Source: Myxococcales bacterium (lineage in GTDB: Bacteria; Myxococcota_A; Polyangia; Polyangiales; Polyangiaceae). From it: a stretch of DNA of 64,000 nt. The position numbers were made by a program, and so were the translations under genes. A model generated the notes under the pieces. That model saw only the letters and a list, made by a program, of their open reading frames with translations. It was not told the DNA's origin and did not search any database. The stretch spans positions 160,001 to 224,000 of the forward strand of contig JAYTOU010000003.1 of assembly GCA_043747615.1 (NCBI GenBank). Reading direction: 5' to 3'. Positions 50,425-62,348 of the stretch are shown in pieces (position 1 is the first letter of the stretch; each line of letters starts with the position of its first letter).

Positions 50425-52923
50425 TTACGCGTTACCGACGGGCGCGGCAGGGGCCGGATCGTTCGGCGAGGTGGTCGGGGGGCGTCCTTCTGCGCGAACC
50501 ACGAGCTCGCCGTCGCGGTATTCCATCGTCTCGCGCGCGGGGCCAAAGATGGCTTCGGGATCCGGCAGGCAAAGCGCCTCGCGAAGCACCTCGTCCATGT
50601 GCTCGACGAGGACCACGCGAATGGCCTTGAGAACGCGACGCGGCACTTCGCGCAGATCCTTCCGATTCTCCTTCGGAACGACGACCGTCGTGATCCCGCT
50701 TCGGTGCGCGGCGAGCAACTTTTCTTTGAGCCCACCGATCGGCATCACCCGGCCGCGCAGGGTAATTTCCCCCGTCATCGCCAGATCTCGCTTCACGGGC
50801 ACTTTGATGAGGGCGCTGGCGAGCGAGGTCGCCATGGTCACGCCGGCGCTTGGCCCGTCCTTCCGAATGAATTCCGGGAAGTGCACGTGCACGTCTACCT
50901 TTTGATAAAAATCCGGATCGAGCCCAAGGATGCTGGCGCGCGATCGCACGTAGCTCATGGCCGCGTGGGCGCTCTCCTCCATGCCCTTCTCGAGGAGCCC
51001 GGTGATGGCGAGCTTCCCCTTCCCTGCGACGACCGCGACTTCGCACGCGAGGAGCTCTCCCCCGCCGCTGCTGGTCACCGACAGACCGTTCGTGAGGCCG
51101 ATCTCGTCGTGCTCTTCTTTTCTCCCAAGATGAAATTTCGGCACGCCCAGGAACTTCGGAATGTTCTTGGCGATGACCTCGATCGGCTTCTCTTTGCCTT
51201 CGTTGACCACCTGGCGCGCCACCTTGCGACAGATGCTGGCGATCTCGCGCTCGAGCGAGCGCACGCCAGCCTCACGCGTGTAGTGATGGATGGCCGTACG
51301 CAGGGCGCTCTCGGTGATCGTGAACGGCACGTCGTCTAGGCCGCACTCTTTTTTCTGCCGAGGCACCAAGTATTTTACCGCGATGTTGAGCTTCTCGAAC
51401 TCGGTGTAACCGGAGAGCTGGATGATCTCCATGCGGTCCTGGAGCGGCACCGGAATCGATCCCAGGGTGTTCGCAGTGGTGATGAACATCACGTCCGACA
51501 AATCGTAATCTAGGTCGAGGTAGTGATCGTTGAACGTGTCGTTTTGCTCGGAGTCGAGGACCTCGAGGAGAGCGGCCGCCGGGTCGCCGCGGAAGTCCGT
51601 CGACATCTTGTCGACTTCGTCCAGGAGAAAGACGGGGTTGTTCGTCCCCGCCTTCTTCAGCGACTGAATCAATTTTCCGGGCATCGCGCCGATGTACGTG
51701 CGCCGATGACCACGAATCTCCGCTTCGTCACGAACACCACCGAGGGAGAGGCGCACGAACTTTCGCCCCGTCGCGCGGGCGATGCTCTTGCACAGGCTGG
51801 TCTTGCCGACGCCGGGCGGGCCGACGAAGCAGAGCACCGGACCTTTGAGCTTCTGAGTGAGCGCTTGCACCGCGAGGTACTCGAGGATGCGCTCCTTGAT
51901 GCGTTTGAGACCGTAGTGATCCTCGTCGAGGATGTCTTCGGCGGCCTTGAGGTCGTGCGTCTCCTCGCTCTTCTCGTACCAGGGGAGGCTCAGGATCCAG
52001 TCGATGTAGTTCCGCACCACCGTCGCCTCGGCGCTGGTCGGGTGCATCATCTTCAGCTTCTTCAGCTCTTTTTTGACCTTCTGCGTGGCCTCTTTGCTCA
52101 TCCGCTTGGTCTTGAGCTGGTCTTCGACTTCTTGAATCTCGTTCTTGAACTCATCGCGCTCGCCGCCACCCAGCTCCTTCTGGATCGCCTGCATTTGCTC
52201 GTTGAGGTAATATTCCTTCTGCGTCTTCTCCATCTGCTTCTTGACGCGCGATCGGATCTTTTTCTCGACCTGGAGGATCTCGATCTCCGCCTGCATCAGC
52301 TCGTGGAGGCGCTCGAGGCGCTTCGACGCGTCGTCCTCTTCGAGGAGCGCCTGGCGATCGGAGAGCTTCACGGTGGGCAGGTTGGCGATGATGGTGTCCG
52401 ACAGGCGCGACGGATCGTCGATCGTCTGCACACTCATCAAGACTTCGGGCTGAACTTTTTTGTTCAGCTTCACGTACATCTCGAACGCCGACTGCACGCT
52501 CCGCATCAGCGCTTCGACCTCGACGGTGCGCGTGCCAACCTCCGGGACGTCCTCGACCTCGACCAAGAAAAATTCGTCGGTCTGGGCATAACGCTTGGTG
52601 CGCGCGCGGCGCTTCCCTTCGACGAGGACCTTCACCGTCCCGTCGGGCAAGCGAAGTAGCTGCATCACGGTACCGAGGGTGCCGACGGTAAAAATATCGT
52701 CCGGCGAAGGCTCGTTCGTCTTCGCGTTTTTCTGTGCGGCCAAGAAAATTTCCTTGTCGCGCGTCATCGCCGCGTCGAGCGCGTTGATCGACCGCTCACG
52801 GCCAACGAACAGCTGGCTGACCATGTGGGGGAAGACGATGATGTCGCGGAGCGGAAGGAGCGGGACGATCCGCTTTTTCGGCGCCGGAGCGCCCTTGGGG
52901 TCGGTGTCGTTTTTGAAGAACAT
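50425..52923 (-). CDS. lon: ATP-dependent protease La
   Basis: [46 protein letters not shown]. Confidence 0.97.
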   Translation of the reverse strand: MFFKNDTDPKGAPAPKKRIVPLLPLRDIIVFPHMVSQLFVGRERSINALDAAMTRDKEIFLAAQKNAKTNEPSPDDIFTVGTLGTVMQLLRLPDGTVKVLVEGKRRARTKRYAQTDEFFLVEVEDVPEVGTRTVEVEALMRSVQSAFEMYVKLNKKVQPEVLMSVQTIDDPSRLSDTIIANLPTVKLSDRQALLEEDDASKRLERLHELMQAEIEILQVEKKIRSRVKKQMEKTQKEYYLNEQMQAIQKELGGGERDEFKNEIQEVEDQLKTKRMSKEATQKVKKELKKLKMMHPTSAEATVVRNYIDWILSLPWYEKSEETHDLKAAEDILDEDHYGLKRIKERILEYLAVQALTQKLKGPVLCFVGPPGVGKTSLCKSIARATGRKFVRLSLGGVRDEAEIRGHRRTYIGAMPGKLIQSLKKAGTNNPVFLLDEVDKMSTDFRGDPAAALLEVLDSEQNDTFNDHYLDLDYDLSDVMFITTANTLGSIPVPLQDRMEIIQLSGYTEFEKLNIAVKYLVPRQKKECGLDDVPFTITESALRTAIHHYTREAGVRSLEREIASICRKVARQVVNEGKEKPIEVIAKNIPKFLGVPKFHLGRKEEHDEIGLTNGLSVTSSGGGELLACEVAVVAGKGKLAITGLLEKGMEESAHAAMSYVRSRASILGLDPDFYQKVDVHVHFPEFIRKDGPSAGVTMATSLASALIKVPVKRDLAMTGEITLRGRVMPIGGLKEKLLAAHRSGITTVVVPKENRKDLREVPRRVLKAIRVVLVEHMDEVLREALCLPDPEAIFGPARETMEYRDGELVVRAEGRPPTTSPNDPAPAAPVGNA

Positions 52924-52995
52924 GAGGCCACCGTTTTGCCATCAAGGGAGAGCCCGAGCAACGAATACGTGGGGCTTTCCGCTCCCCCAGCTGCT

Positions 52996-53241
52996 TCAGC
53001 GAGCGATTTCGGTGCCGTATAGGGCGCGCGACGCAAGAAGAAGAGTCTGCGTCGTGCCGGTCGTGTCCACGAAAGACATGTCTCCACTCGGTATGCACGC
53101 CACGGCGACGGAGCTGGGGTTCATGGTCACCTGCGCGCACTGGGAGGTGCCGACCGCCGAATCGAACGAGCTTCCCCAGAGGGGGTGTCCGTCGGCCGAT
53201 CCGCCGTCTTCCTGCGACGGCACGGCCGGTACGTCGGCCAC
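52996..53241 (-). pseudogene. Short ORF, probably the orphan 3' fragment of a larger secreted-protein gene
   Basis: GC-rich third codon positions, beta-strand pattern with two Cys, no SD or signal peptide. Confidence 0.35.
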
Positions 53242-53269
53242 CCGATGGGTAAGCGTCAGCCGAAGAGCC

Positions 53270-54526
<1,257 letters not shown>

Positions 54527-54653
54527 GTCGACCTCTTGTTCTCGTCCGGTTCCGTGACGCCTGAATCGTCTACGTCACGTTATGTCAGAAGCTTAGACTC
54601 GCCAAAAGCGCATCGCAAGGATCCGGCGAAGCGCGAGGGGCAGGTCAGCCGTT

Positions 54654-55280
54654 TCAGACTGCCTTGGGGCCGCCCTTGTTCTTAGGAGTCAGCACCTCGT
54701 CGATGAGGCCGTATTCCTTCGCTTGAACGCCGCTCAGGTAGAAGTCTCGATCGATGTCCTTGTTGATCTGCTCGCGGGGCTTACCGGTCGCCGTCGTCAG
54801 GATGTCGGTGACGACGTCCTTTAGATGCCGGATCTCCCTCGCCTGTATCTCGATATCGGTCGCCTGACCGCGCGCGCCGCCGAGCGGCTGGTGAATCATG
54901 ATCCGCGAATTCGGGAGCGCGACCCGACGCCCCTTCATTCCTGCCGCGAGGAGGACAGCGCCCATGGAGGCGGCCATGCCGAGGCAGGTCGTCGAGACGG
55001 GGCAGCGGACGTACTGCATGGTGTCGTAGATCGCCAGACCGCTGGTCACTACGCCGCCAGGAGAGTTGATGTAGAGCATGATCTCCTTGTCGGGATCCTC
55101 GCTCTCCAAAAAGAGAAACTGGGCGATGATGATGTTGGCGACGTCGTCATTGATCTCGGTGCCGAGAAAGACGATTCGGTCCTTCAGGAGACGGCTGAAG
55201 ATGTCCCAGTTGCGTTCGCCACGGTGCGTCGTTTCGACGACCGTCGGGTAAGGGATGAAGCTTCTCCAGTCGCCGCTCAT
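54654..55280 (-). CDS. clpP: Clp protease proteolytic subunit
   Basis: [33 protein letters not shown]. Confidence 0.98.
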   Translation of the reverse strand: MSGDWRSFIPYPTVVETTHRGERNWDIFSRLLKDRIVFLGTEINDDVANIIIAQFLFLESEDPDKEIMLYINSPGGVVTSGLAIYDTMQYVRCPVSTTCLGMAASMGAVLLAAGMKGRRVALPNSRIMIHQPLGGARGQATDIEIQAREIRHLKDVVTDILTTATGKPREQINKDIDRDFYLSGVQAKEYGLIDEVLTPKNKGGPKAV

Positions 55281-56734
55281 TTCTTTTTCCCTTCCTTAGT
55301 TACGTCTTTTGAGGAGGCGTCTTTCGCCGCTTCCTTCGGTTCCTTCTTCTTCTCAGACTTTTCAGCCTTCGCCGGCTTGTCTTCCTTCCCGGCGGTCTCC
55401 GCTTTGTCAGAGGCTTTCTCCGGTTTTTCTTCGGCGGCGGCTTCGACGACGGGAACTGGGCCGTCGACGACCTTAGATTTGCTCTCGAGCAGGTTCAAGA
55501 TTTTGTCTTCGAGAATCATACCTATCAGCATGTCTCGCTTATTCTTTTCGCGGTACTCCGCTTTCACCTTGGCGACGTTTTTACCTGTCTCTTCGGCAAG
55601 CTCAGCGAGGCCCTTCTCGATGTCTTCGTCGGTCACCTTCATCTCGAGCTTGCGCGCGATCGCGGCCATGAGCAGTCCCGCGCGCACCTTCTTCTCGGCG
55701 TCGGCGAGGATGCGGTCGTGGAGGATCTGCCCTTGCTCCTGGGTGAAGCGTTGACCCATGCGCCGGGCCTGCTGCATGACCTCCTGCTCCATCACCTTGC
55801 ACTGCTGCTCGACGAGCGACGGGGGCACGTCTAGGGGGTTCGCGTCGTTGAGCTTCTGCACGATCTGCTCGGCAACCGCGACCTCGGACTGATCCTTCTT
55901 TGCCTTCTCGAGGCGGGTGTGGACGTCTGCCCGGAGCTCGACGAGCGTCTGGAACTGACCCACGTCCTTCGCGAACTCGTCGTCGAGGGTCGGGAGGACC
56001 TTCTCCTTGAGATCGACCACGGTGATCGAAAACTCCCCTTTTTTCCCTTTGAAATCATCGCGGGGGTGCTGGTCGGGAAACTGCGCCTCGACCTTGAGCT
56101 TGTCGCCGATGCTCTTACCGCTGAGCGCGGCGTCGAGCTCCGGGAGGACCTGCGCGGCCCCGAGCTCGAGCTGAACGCCCTGCCCGGCTCCATCTTTGAT
56201 TTCTTTTCCGCCGAGGGCGAGGGTGAAGTCGATGGTCACGACGTCCCCTGCAGTGGCGGGCCGCGCGGGCTCGGGATTCTTGAGGGCGCCCATTCCCTGG
56301 CGGAGACGCTCGATCTGCTCGTCGACTTCGCCGTCCTTCACCTCAGCCGGCGGACGAAAGAGATCGAAGCCTTCGTACTTCACGTCTCCAACGTCGGGCG
56401 CGACCTCGAACCTCGCCTTGTAGGAGAAGTCCTCTTTCGCATCGATCTTCCCCGCTTCGACCGACGGCATGCTCACCGGCGTGACGTTCTTCTCGGAGAG
56501 AACCTTCGGGAGCGTGTCGTTCACGATCGCGTTGGCCACGTCACTCTGGACCTGCGGACCAAAGAGGTGGGTGAGGACGTTGCGCGGAACTTTTCCGGGG
56601 CGGAACCCCTTCACATGCGCCTTCTTGCCGAGCGTGACATACGCTTTGTCGATCTCCGCTTTCACGGAATCGGCCGGCACCAAAATCTGAAGCTCCATCA
56701 TCACGGAAGAAATGCGCTGAACGGTGATTTGCAT
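55277..56734 (-). CDS. tig: Trigger factor
   Basis: [12 protein letters not shown]-type domain, DDEFAKD; K/E-rich tail; first gene of tig-clpP-clpX-lon. Confidence 0.95.
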   Translation of the reverse strand: MQITVQRISSVMMELQILVPADSVKAEIDKAYVTLGKKAHVKGFRPGKVPRNVLTHLFGPQVQSDVANAIVNDTLPKVLSEKNVTPVSMPSVEAGKIDAKEDFSYKARFEVAPDVGDVKYEGFDLFRPPAEVKDGEVDEQIERLRQGMGALKNPEPARPATAGDVVTIDFTLALGGKEIKDGAGQGVQLELGAAQVLPELDAALSGKSIGDKLKVEAQFPDQHPRDDFKGKKGEFSITVVDLKEKVLPTLDDEFAKDVGQFQTLVELRADVHTRLEKAKKDQSEVAVAEQIVQKLNDANPLDVPPSLVEQQCKVMEQEVMQQARRMGQRFTQEQGQILHDRILADAEKKVRAGLLMAAIARKLEMKVTDEDIEKGLAELAEETGKNVAKVKAEYREKNKRDMLIGMILEDKILNLLESKSKVVDGPVPVVEAAAEEKPEKASDKAETAGKEDKPAKAEKSEKKKEPKEAAKDASSKDVTKEGKKK

Positions 56735-56743
56735 GAGGCGGGG

Positions 56744-56772
56744 ACCATACTTCGCCCACCTAGCTCGTTCAA
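56744..56772 (-). promoter_or_regulatory. sigma70 promoter of tig
   Basis: TTGAAC-17 nt-TATGGT, 9 nt before the ATG. Confidence 0.65.
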
Positions 56773-56798
56773 GACTGCTTCGCGCTAATTCGAAGCAC

Positions 56799-56836
56799 AA
56801 AAAAAGCGCCCTCGACCGAGGCGTGGTCGAGAGCGC
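56799..56836 (-). terminator. Rho-independent terminator
   Basis: GCGCTCTCGACC-ACGCCTC-GGTCGAGGGCGC followed by T7. Confidence 0.85.
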
Positions 56837-56858
56837 GGGTCCCGGGAGGGACGTAAAT

Positions 56859-57047
56859 CTAGTACTTGTCTTCGTCTTCCTGATCGGGATCGTACTCATC
56901 CTTCTGATCGTCGAAGAGCAAGCTGCTGTTTCCTTCGAAGATGGTCTCCTGCATCAGGTCCTCGAGAGAGAAGCCCACTTTGTATTGCGGGCGGAGCTCT
57001 TCGCGCTCGAACTCTTCGATGCTTCGGTAGTTCTTCGGTGCGGTCAT
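56859..57047 (-). CDS. Small acidic protein (62 aa)
   Basis: GGAGG SD, YRSIEEFEREELRP motif, D/E-rich tail, own terminator. Confidence 0.8.
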   Translation of the reverse strand: MTAPKNYRSIEEFEREELRPQYKVGFSLEDLMQETIFEGNSSLLFDDQKDEYDPDQEDEDKY

Positions 57048-57092
57048 GGTGTTCCTCCAAGAAATTGAGCCAAGAATTTTTTAAAACGCGGA

Positions 57093-57251
57093 TCAGCGGA
57101 GCTTGAGAGGCGTAATGCGTGCGGGGGATGCGCGAAGTGGACCGCCAGACAGCGCGCGAGGTAGCCAAAACATCTGGCGCATCACCCGATCGGTGGTGCT
57201 CTCCTCTTTCTGCAGTGCACGGACGAGTGCCTGCCGCTGCTTGGTTCGCAT
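57093..57251 (-). CDS. Small basic protein (52 aa)
   Basis: GAGGAGG SD 5 nt before ATG 57251; MRTKQRQALVRALQKEESTTDRVMRQMFWLPR... Confidence 0.55.
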   Translation of the reverse strand: MRTKQRQALVRALQKEESTTDRVMRQMFWLPRALSGGPLRASPARITPLKLR

Positions 57252-57419
57252 CGGTTCCTCCTCGGGTGTCTTTGGCGGGAACATCACTGCGGATTTCGGG
57301 TCCGCGCGGTAATCAGTTTCCCTACATCTGGGTACACCGTACACGCGCCGACGGATGGGGCCAAAAAAGCGCAGCACGTTTCCGTCGCGTCCTCGTCCTG
57401 TTAGAGGAGACGCCTCGAC

Positions 57420-58295
57420 ATGGCGCGCCCGCAGACACCGAAACGCTTGGACGGACAAGATGCCCGCGCGATAGCCGAGCGCGCTGAGACCCTATCGCAC
57501 GCGAACAAATCGCACGTCGCACGCGGGCCGCGGATCATTGCCGTCGTGAACCAGAAAGGCGGTGTCGGAAAGACCACCACCGCCGTGAACCTCGCGGCCA
57601 GCGTCGCCGCAGCCGAGCGATCCACGCTCCTCCTCGACATGGACCCGCAAGGTAACGCGAGCTCCGGCGTCGGCGTTCGTCCGCGCACCGTTGAGCGCAG
57701 CGTCTACGACGTTCTCATCGGGCGAGCGACTCTGGCCGAAGTCATCGTCAAGACGGACGTGCCGCGCCTCTCAGTTGCGCCGGCGACCCAGGATCTCGTG
57801 GCCGCGGAGCTCGAGCTGGTCGATGAAAAGGATCGCGCAACGCGGCTCAAAAACGCGCTGGCGGTGCTGCTCGAGGGGCAGAGCTACGAGTACGTCTTCA
57901 TCGATTGCCCGCCGTCGCTCGGGCTCCTCACGGTGAATGCGCTCAACGCCTCCGATCGCGTGCTCGTCCCGTTGCAGTGCGAGTACTACGCGCTCGAGGG
58001 GCTCACCCACTTGATGGCCACGATCGATCGCGTGAAGAACGGGATGAACCCGGCTCTCGAAGTCGAGGGCATCGTCCTCACGATGTTCGATGCGCGAAAC
58101 AATCTGGCAAACCAAGTGGCGGAGGAAGTGCGGCGCCACTTCCACGTCTTCGAATCGGTGATCCCACGGAACGTCCGCCTCTCGGAGGCTCCGTCCCACG
58201 GCAAGCCGGCGCTCCTCTATGACGTTCAGTCGAAGGGGGCCCAAGGGTACCTCTCGCTCGCGCGCGAGATTCTTCAGGACGCGAGACCGAAGTGA
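57420..58295 (+). CDS. parA: Chromosome partitioning ATPase
   Basis: NQKGGVGKTT, DMDPQGN, IDCPPSLG, QCEYYALEG, IPRNVRLSEAPSHG. Confidence 0.96.
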   Translation: MARPQTPKRLDGQDARAIAERAETLSHANKSHVARGPRIIAVVNQKGGVGKTTTAVNLAASVAAAERSTLLLDMDPQGNASSGVGVRPRTVERSVYDVLIGRATLAEVIVKTDVPRLSVAPATQDLVAAELELVDEKDRATRLKNALAVLLEGQSYEYVFIDCPPSLGLLTVNALNASDRVLVPLQCEYYALEGLTHLMATIDRVKNGMNPALEVEGIVLTMFDARNNLANQVAEEVRRHFHVFESVIPRNVRLSEAPSHGKPALLYDVQSKGAQGYLSLAREILQDARPK

Positions 58296-59173
58296 CCACG
58301 AAGGACATTGGAAAAACTGCTCCGCGACGGGCGCTCGGACGCGGCCTCGATGCGCTCCTTCCGCCCGCACCGGTAATCCCCGTCAGCGAGAAGAGCGTTT
58401 TCTCGTGCGCGGTCGAAAAAATTTCTCCGCAGAAGGGTCAGCCGCGAAGGCACTTCGACCCGGCGGCGCTCGACGATCTCGCCGCGTCAATCCGTGAGCA
58501 CGGAGTCCTCGAGCCAATCGTCGTTCGCCGGGTCGGCGCGGATCGCTTCGAGATCATCGCGGGCGAGCGGCGCTGGCGGGCCTCGCAAAAGGCCGGCCTC
58601 CGCGAGGTGCTGGTCATCGTCAAGGACGTCTCTCCGGACACGGCGTTCGAGCTCGCGCTCATCGAAAATGTTCAGCGCGAGGACCTGAACGCCATCGAGC
58701 TCGCCGAGGCGCTCGGCCGCCTCATGAGGGAGCACGGCTACACGCAGGAGAAACTCGCCGAGCGAATCGGCAAAGATCGAACGACGATCGCCAACAGCCT
58801 CCGCCTCTTGAAGCTCCCGGCGCAGGTGCGCGACAAGGTGATCACGGGCGAGCTTTCCGAGGGGCACGCACGCGCGCTGCTCGGCGCAGGAGCTGCCATC
58901 GACGAGATCGCCGACAAGGTGCTCCGGGGACGGCTCAGCGTGCGCGCGACCGAGGAGATGGTCCGGAAGATCAAGGTCAAGGCGGAGCGAAGCGAGGCCG
59001 GCCCGGCAGCGAGCGCGTCTGAGAAAACGGCCGGTATCCGGGATCTCGAAGCCCGCCTCACACGCGCGCTCGGCACCAAGGTCGAAGTTCGCGACAGCGG
59101 CAACAAGGGGGAGATCGCCATCCCCTACCGCGACCTCGACGCCCTCGACCGCGTCCTCGACAAGCTTATTTAG
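58292..59173 (+). CDS. parB: Chromosome partitioning CTPase/DNA-binding protein
   Basis: [39 protein letters not shown]. Confidence 0.96.
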   Translation: MTTKDIGKTAPRRALGRGLDALLPPAPVIPVSEKSVFSCAVEKISPQKGQPRRHFDPAALDDLAASIREHGVLEPIVVRRVGADRFEIIAGERRWRASQKAGLREVLVIVKDVSPDTAFELALIENVQREDLNAIELAEALGRLMREHGYTQEKLAERIGKDRTTIANSLRLLKLPAQVRDKVITGELSEGHARALLGAGAAIDEIADKVLRGRLSVRATEEMVRKIKVKAERSEAGPAASASEKTAGIRDLEARLTRALGTKVEVRDSGNKGEIAIPYRDLDALDRVLDKLI

Positions 59174-60048
59174 CTACGCGCCGCCAGCCGCGCGTTGCCG
59201 GCGGTGATTGTATTCTGCAACAAATAGGCGATGGTCATTGGTCCCACTCCGCCGGGGACGGGCGTGATGGCGCGGGCGCGCTCCTTCGCTTCGGCGTAGG
59301 CCACGTCTCCCACGAGCCTCGTTTTTCCAGGCTCGGCTCCGGGCACGCGGTTGATGCCCACGTCGATGACCACCGCTCCCGCTTTGACGAAATCGCCGCG
59401 AACGAGCTCCGCCTTGCCAACTGCGGCTACGAGCACATCGGCCTCCAGGCAGGTGGCGCGCAGATCGCGGGTACGGGAGTGGGCTATGGTCACCGTGGCG
59501 TGCTCGGCGAGAAGAAGCTGCGCAATCGGCTTGCCGACGATGTTGCTCCGGCCAACAACGACCGCGTGCGCCCCCTTGAGATCCGTTTCCGCGGACTTGA
59601 GGAGGCGCATGCATCCGAGCGGCGTGCACGGAACGAGACGCGGCCTTCCAGACGCGAGTAGTCCCACGTTGATCGGATGAAATCCATCGACGTCCTTTGC
59701 GGGATCGACGGCGTCGAGGACTTTCTGTTCGGTGATCTGCTTCGGGAGCGGGAGCTGAATGAGGATCCCGTCGATCGCGTCGTCGGCGTTGAGCGCAGCT
59801 ACGAGCGCGAGAAGCTCGGCCTCGGTAGTGGTCGCCGGGAGCGTGTGGAGGCGCCCGCGCATGCCCGCCTCGACCGACGCTTTCTCTTTGTTCCGGGTGT
59901 AGACCTGGCTCGCCGGATCTTCGCCCACGATGACGACGTCCAGACCGGGCGGCCTTCCATGCGCAGTGCGAAAGGCTTCAACGGCGACGCGGGCCTCGGC
60001 TCGCACCGTCTCGGCGAGCTTCTTTCCATCGAGGATCACGGCGCTCAT
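59170..60048 (-). CDS. folD: Methylenetetrahydrofolate dehydrogenase/cyclohydrolase
   Basis: [37 protein letters not shown]. Confidence 0.97.
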   Translation of the reverse strand: MSAVILDGKKLAETVRAEARVAVEAFRTAHGRPPGLDVVIVGEDPASQVYTRNKEKASVEAGMRGRLHTLPATTTEAELLALVAALNADDAIDGILIQLPLPKQITEQKVLDAVDPAKDVDGFHPINVGLLASGRPRLVPCTPLGCMRLLKSAETDLKGAHAVVVGRSNIVGKPIAQLLLAEHATVTIAHSRTRDLRATCLEADVLVAAVGKAELVRGDFVKAGAVVIDVGINRVPGAEPGKTRLVGDVAYAEAKERARAITPVPGGVGPMTIAYLLQNTITAGNARLAARS

Positions 60049-60269
60049 TCGGTTGCGGTGTCGGGCACGGCGTCGGATGCAGCGTCGTCTGCGGGCTTCG
60101 CTGGGTTGCCGCCGTCGGCGGTGTTGCTGCCGCCGGAACCCCCGTGCGTGCTGCACGCGAGCGTACACTCGAGCGTCGGCGGATGAGAGCTTTGAGAGGA
60201 GCACGCCAGCACGAGGAGCGCGCTGATCGGGGCAGCGAGCGCCAGAAAGACAGAGCGCCTAACCCGCAT
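60045..60269 (-). CDS. Micro-lipoprotein (74 aa)
   Basis: Lipobox [17 protein letters not shown], Asp/Ala-rich tail; stop overlaps the folD start. Confidence 0.7.
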   Translation of the reverse strand: MRVRRSVFLALAAPISALLVLACSSQSSHPPTLECTLACSTHGGSGGSNTADGGNPAKPADDAASDAVPDTATE

Positions 60270-60522
60270 TGGATGCGTCCGCGGCATCGGCCGGTAGGGC
60301 GGAATCGTTCCCCGTGTCCACGGGCGACGCCGCCTCATTCGGTGGAGCGTCGAGGGTGCCGTCCACGGAAGACGCGTCGAGTTTTCCTAGATCCCCGCAC
60401 CCTAGCGCGCCCGTACATCCGGAGAGCGTCGCCGGGTGCAGCTCCGACGACGAGCAGGCGAAGAGAGCTGCGCCCAAGACCGCGCCCGCCAAAGCTACCC
60501 CAACGACGAACCGCTTCGACAT
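60259..60522 (-). CDS. Micro-lipoprotein (87 aa), paralog of its neighbour
   Basis: Lipobox LFAC, SS..HPATLSGCTGALGC, Asp/Ala-rich tail. Confidence 0.72.
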   Translation of the reverse strand: MSKRFVVGVALAGAVLGAALFACSSSELHPATLSGCTGALGCGDLGKLDASSVDGTLDAPPNEAASPVDTGNDSALPADAADASNAG

Positions 60523-60559
60523 CACCCAAGTATGCCGCCTCGCCGCGCGGAAGGGAAAA

Positions 60560-61486
60560 TTAGAGAGCTCGGATCACCCGCGGGCGCCGCGCGCGATGAA
60601 TGGCAACGGCCGCACCGATGAGCCCTACGCTGATGATCTGAGAGGTCGAGAGCGAGGCTACGCCGCCGCGGTCGTCCCGCCGGAGAATTTCGAGAAGGAA
60701 GCGCGCGACGCCGTAAAGAACGAGGAACGCCACGAAGACCTGGCCGTCGTATTTCTTGCGAGGATGGACGTAGAGGAGGCAAACCGCTGCGATGGCCAGG
60801 CACGCGGCGGATTCGTAGATCTGTGTAGGATGCACGGGATGGCTCCAGGTGAAGGCCGTGTCGAGGACGTGCGCCTTGAACTGCGATTCGCTGGCCGGGC
60901 TGCGCGGCGGGAACGACAACGCCCACGGGAGATTCGTCTCCGCCCCGAAGCAGCATCCGGCGAGCAGGCATCCCATCCGCCCAAACGACAGGCCGAGCGC
61001 TACGGCGAAGCCCGCCATGTCCGCGGCGCGCCAGAAGGGAAACTGATCCCGCTTCAAGAGGAACCACGCGGCGGCGGACGCTCCGAGAAAGCCGCCATAG
61101 TACGTGAGCCCGCCGGCCCAGAATTTTGCCCACGCGAAACAGTCGGTCTGGCTCGGATGGCAGACCGCGCGGGCGTCGTCCCAGATTCCCGCGTAGGTGG
61201 CCGACACGCATTCGGCTTTGGTGAGCGGCCAATCGACCTTCGCCGGATCGGTGCACATGTGCACGTAGTCCCAGAAATAACCATCGGCGAGGACATGGAG
61301 CAGGCGGCTGCCGGCCACACCCGACAGGAGCATCGCGATCCCGAGGTCGACGATCACATCTGGATTTTCACCGATGCGGCGCGCCCAGAGGACACCAAGG
61401 CCGGTGGCGAAGAACATCCCCGTGATGAGGAGCGTGAAATACGCGGGGAGCCCGATGTCGAAAAAACGAAACAGCTCCGGGCGCAC
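60560..61486 (-). CDS. lgt: Prolipoprotein diacylglyceryl transferase
   Basis: GSRLLH, GGLTYYGG, GRMGCLLAGCCFG, HPTQIYE, RFLLEILR. Confidence 0.93.
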   Translation of the reverse strand: MRPELFRFFDIGLPAYFTLLITGMFFATGLGVLWARRIGENPDVIVDLGIAMLLSGVAGSRLLHVLADGYFWDYVHMCTDPAKVDWPLTKAECVSATYAGIWDDARAVCHPSQTDCFAWAKFWAGGLTYYGGFLGASAAAWFLLKRDQFPFWRAADMAGFAVALGLSFGRMGCLLAGCCFGAETNLPWALSFPPRSPASESQFKAHVLDTAFTWSHPVHPTQIYESAACLAIAAVCLLYVHPRKKYDGQVFVAFLVLYGVARFLLEILRRDDRGGVASLSTSQIISVGLIGAAVAIHRARRPRVIRAL

Positions 61487-61495
61487 GGCGAAGGC

Positions 61496-62260
61496 TCAGT
61501 CCGCGGGTTTCGTCTCGGGCGTCGGCGCGCCAGAGGGAACGGCTTCGGGCGCGGCGACGAGATCTGCCGACGGAGCTTCAGCCCCGATGCTCTTCGGCTT
61601 CTTCGAGGTGAACATGTCGATAGCCATCAGCCCCACGCCAACGCAGATCGCCACGTCGGCAACGTTGAACGTGGGCCAGTGGTGCTCGATGAGGGGAAAC
61701 TTTGCGTCACTCGTGGGCCACCACCAGCGGTGCTCGGATTCACGCCACGCAACGTGGACGTCGATGAAATCGATGACGTGACCATAGCGAATGCGATCGA
61801 ACACGTTGCCGAGAGCGCCGCCGAGAACGAGCGGGAGGCCCCACTTGAGCGCGCGCTGCGTCGGCTGAAGGCGACGGTAGAGGGTGACGATGAAAGCGAT
61901 CGCTGCTGCAGAAACCAGGAGGAAAAACGGCCGGCGAACGTTCTCACTCGTGCCTTGAAGGAGTCCCCACGCGCCGCCGCGATTCTTGGCGAGCACGAAC
62001 GCGACGTGATTTTCCCAGACGTTGACGATCCCGGGGTAGCCGTCGAGGTTCTTCTCTGCCCAGAGTTTGGTGGCGATGTCTGACACGAGCGAGACGATGG
62101 AGACGATGACGAGAAAGACGAACGACGGACGACCCTCGCCCGGGATCGACTTCGACGCCCCGGACGGCACGCCGAGCCTGGGCACGTCGGGCGAAACCTG
62201 TGCAGGGGGCGGAGCCATCGCTTCGGCGGCGTCAGGCGTTTCGATAATTTCTTGGGTCAT
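61496..62260 (-). CDS. lspA: Lipoprotein signal peptidase II
   Basis: D..TK, NRGGAWG, GGALGNVFDR, VIDFI, WPTFNVAD. Confidence 0.95.
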   Translation of the reverse strand: MTQEIIETPDAAEAMAPPPAQVSPDVPRLGVPSGASKSIPGEGRPSFVFLVIVSIVSLVSDIATKLWAEKNLDGYPGIVNVWENHVAFVLAKNRGGAWGLLQGTSENVRRPFFLLVSAAAIAFIVTLYRRLQPTQRALKWGLPLVLGGALGNVFDRIRYGHVIDFIDVHVAWRESEHRWWWPTSDAKFPLIEHHWPTFNVADVAICVGVGLMAIDMFTSKKPKSIGAEAPSADLVAAPEAVPSGAPTPETKPAD

Positions 62261-62348
62261 TGGCGCGTCACGTTGGGATCACGCGCTTCTAGCGCAATCT
62301 CGGGGTCGGTTGCTAGTGCACGGTACATCTGTTTAGGTAAAAGGCGAA

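Noticed and set aside
57420..59173. parAB as a plasmid or prophage partition system or origin marker
   Set aside because: Sequences are chromosomal Soj/Spo0J type among core genes; no rep gene, dnaA or DnaA-box cluster seen
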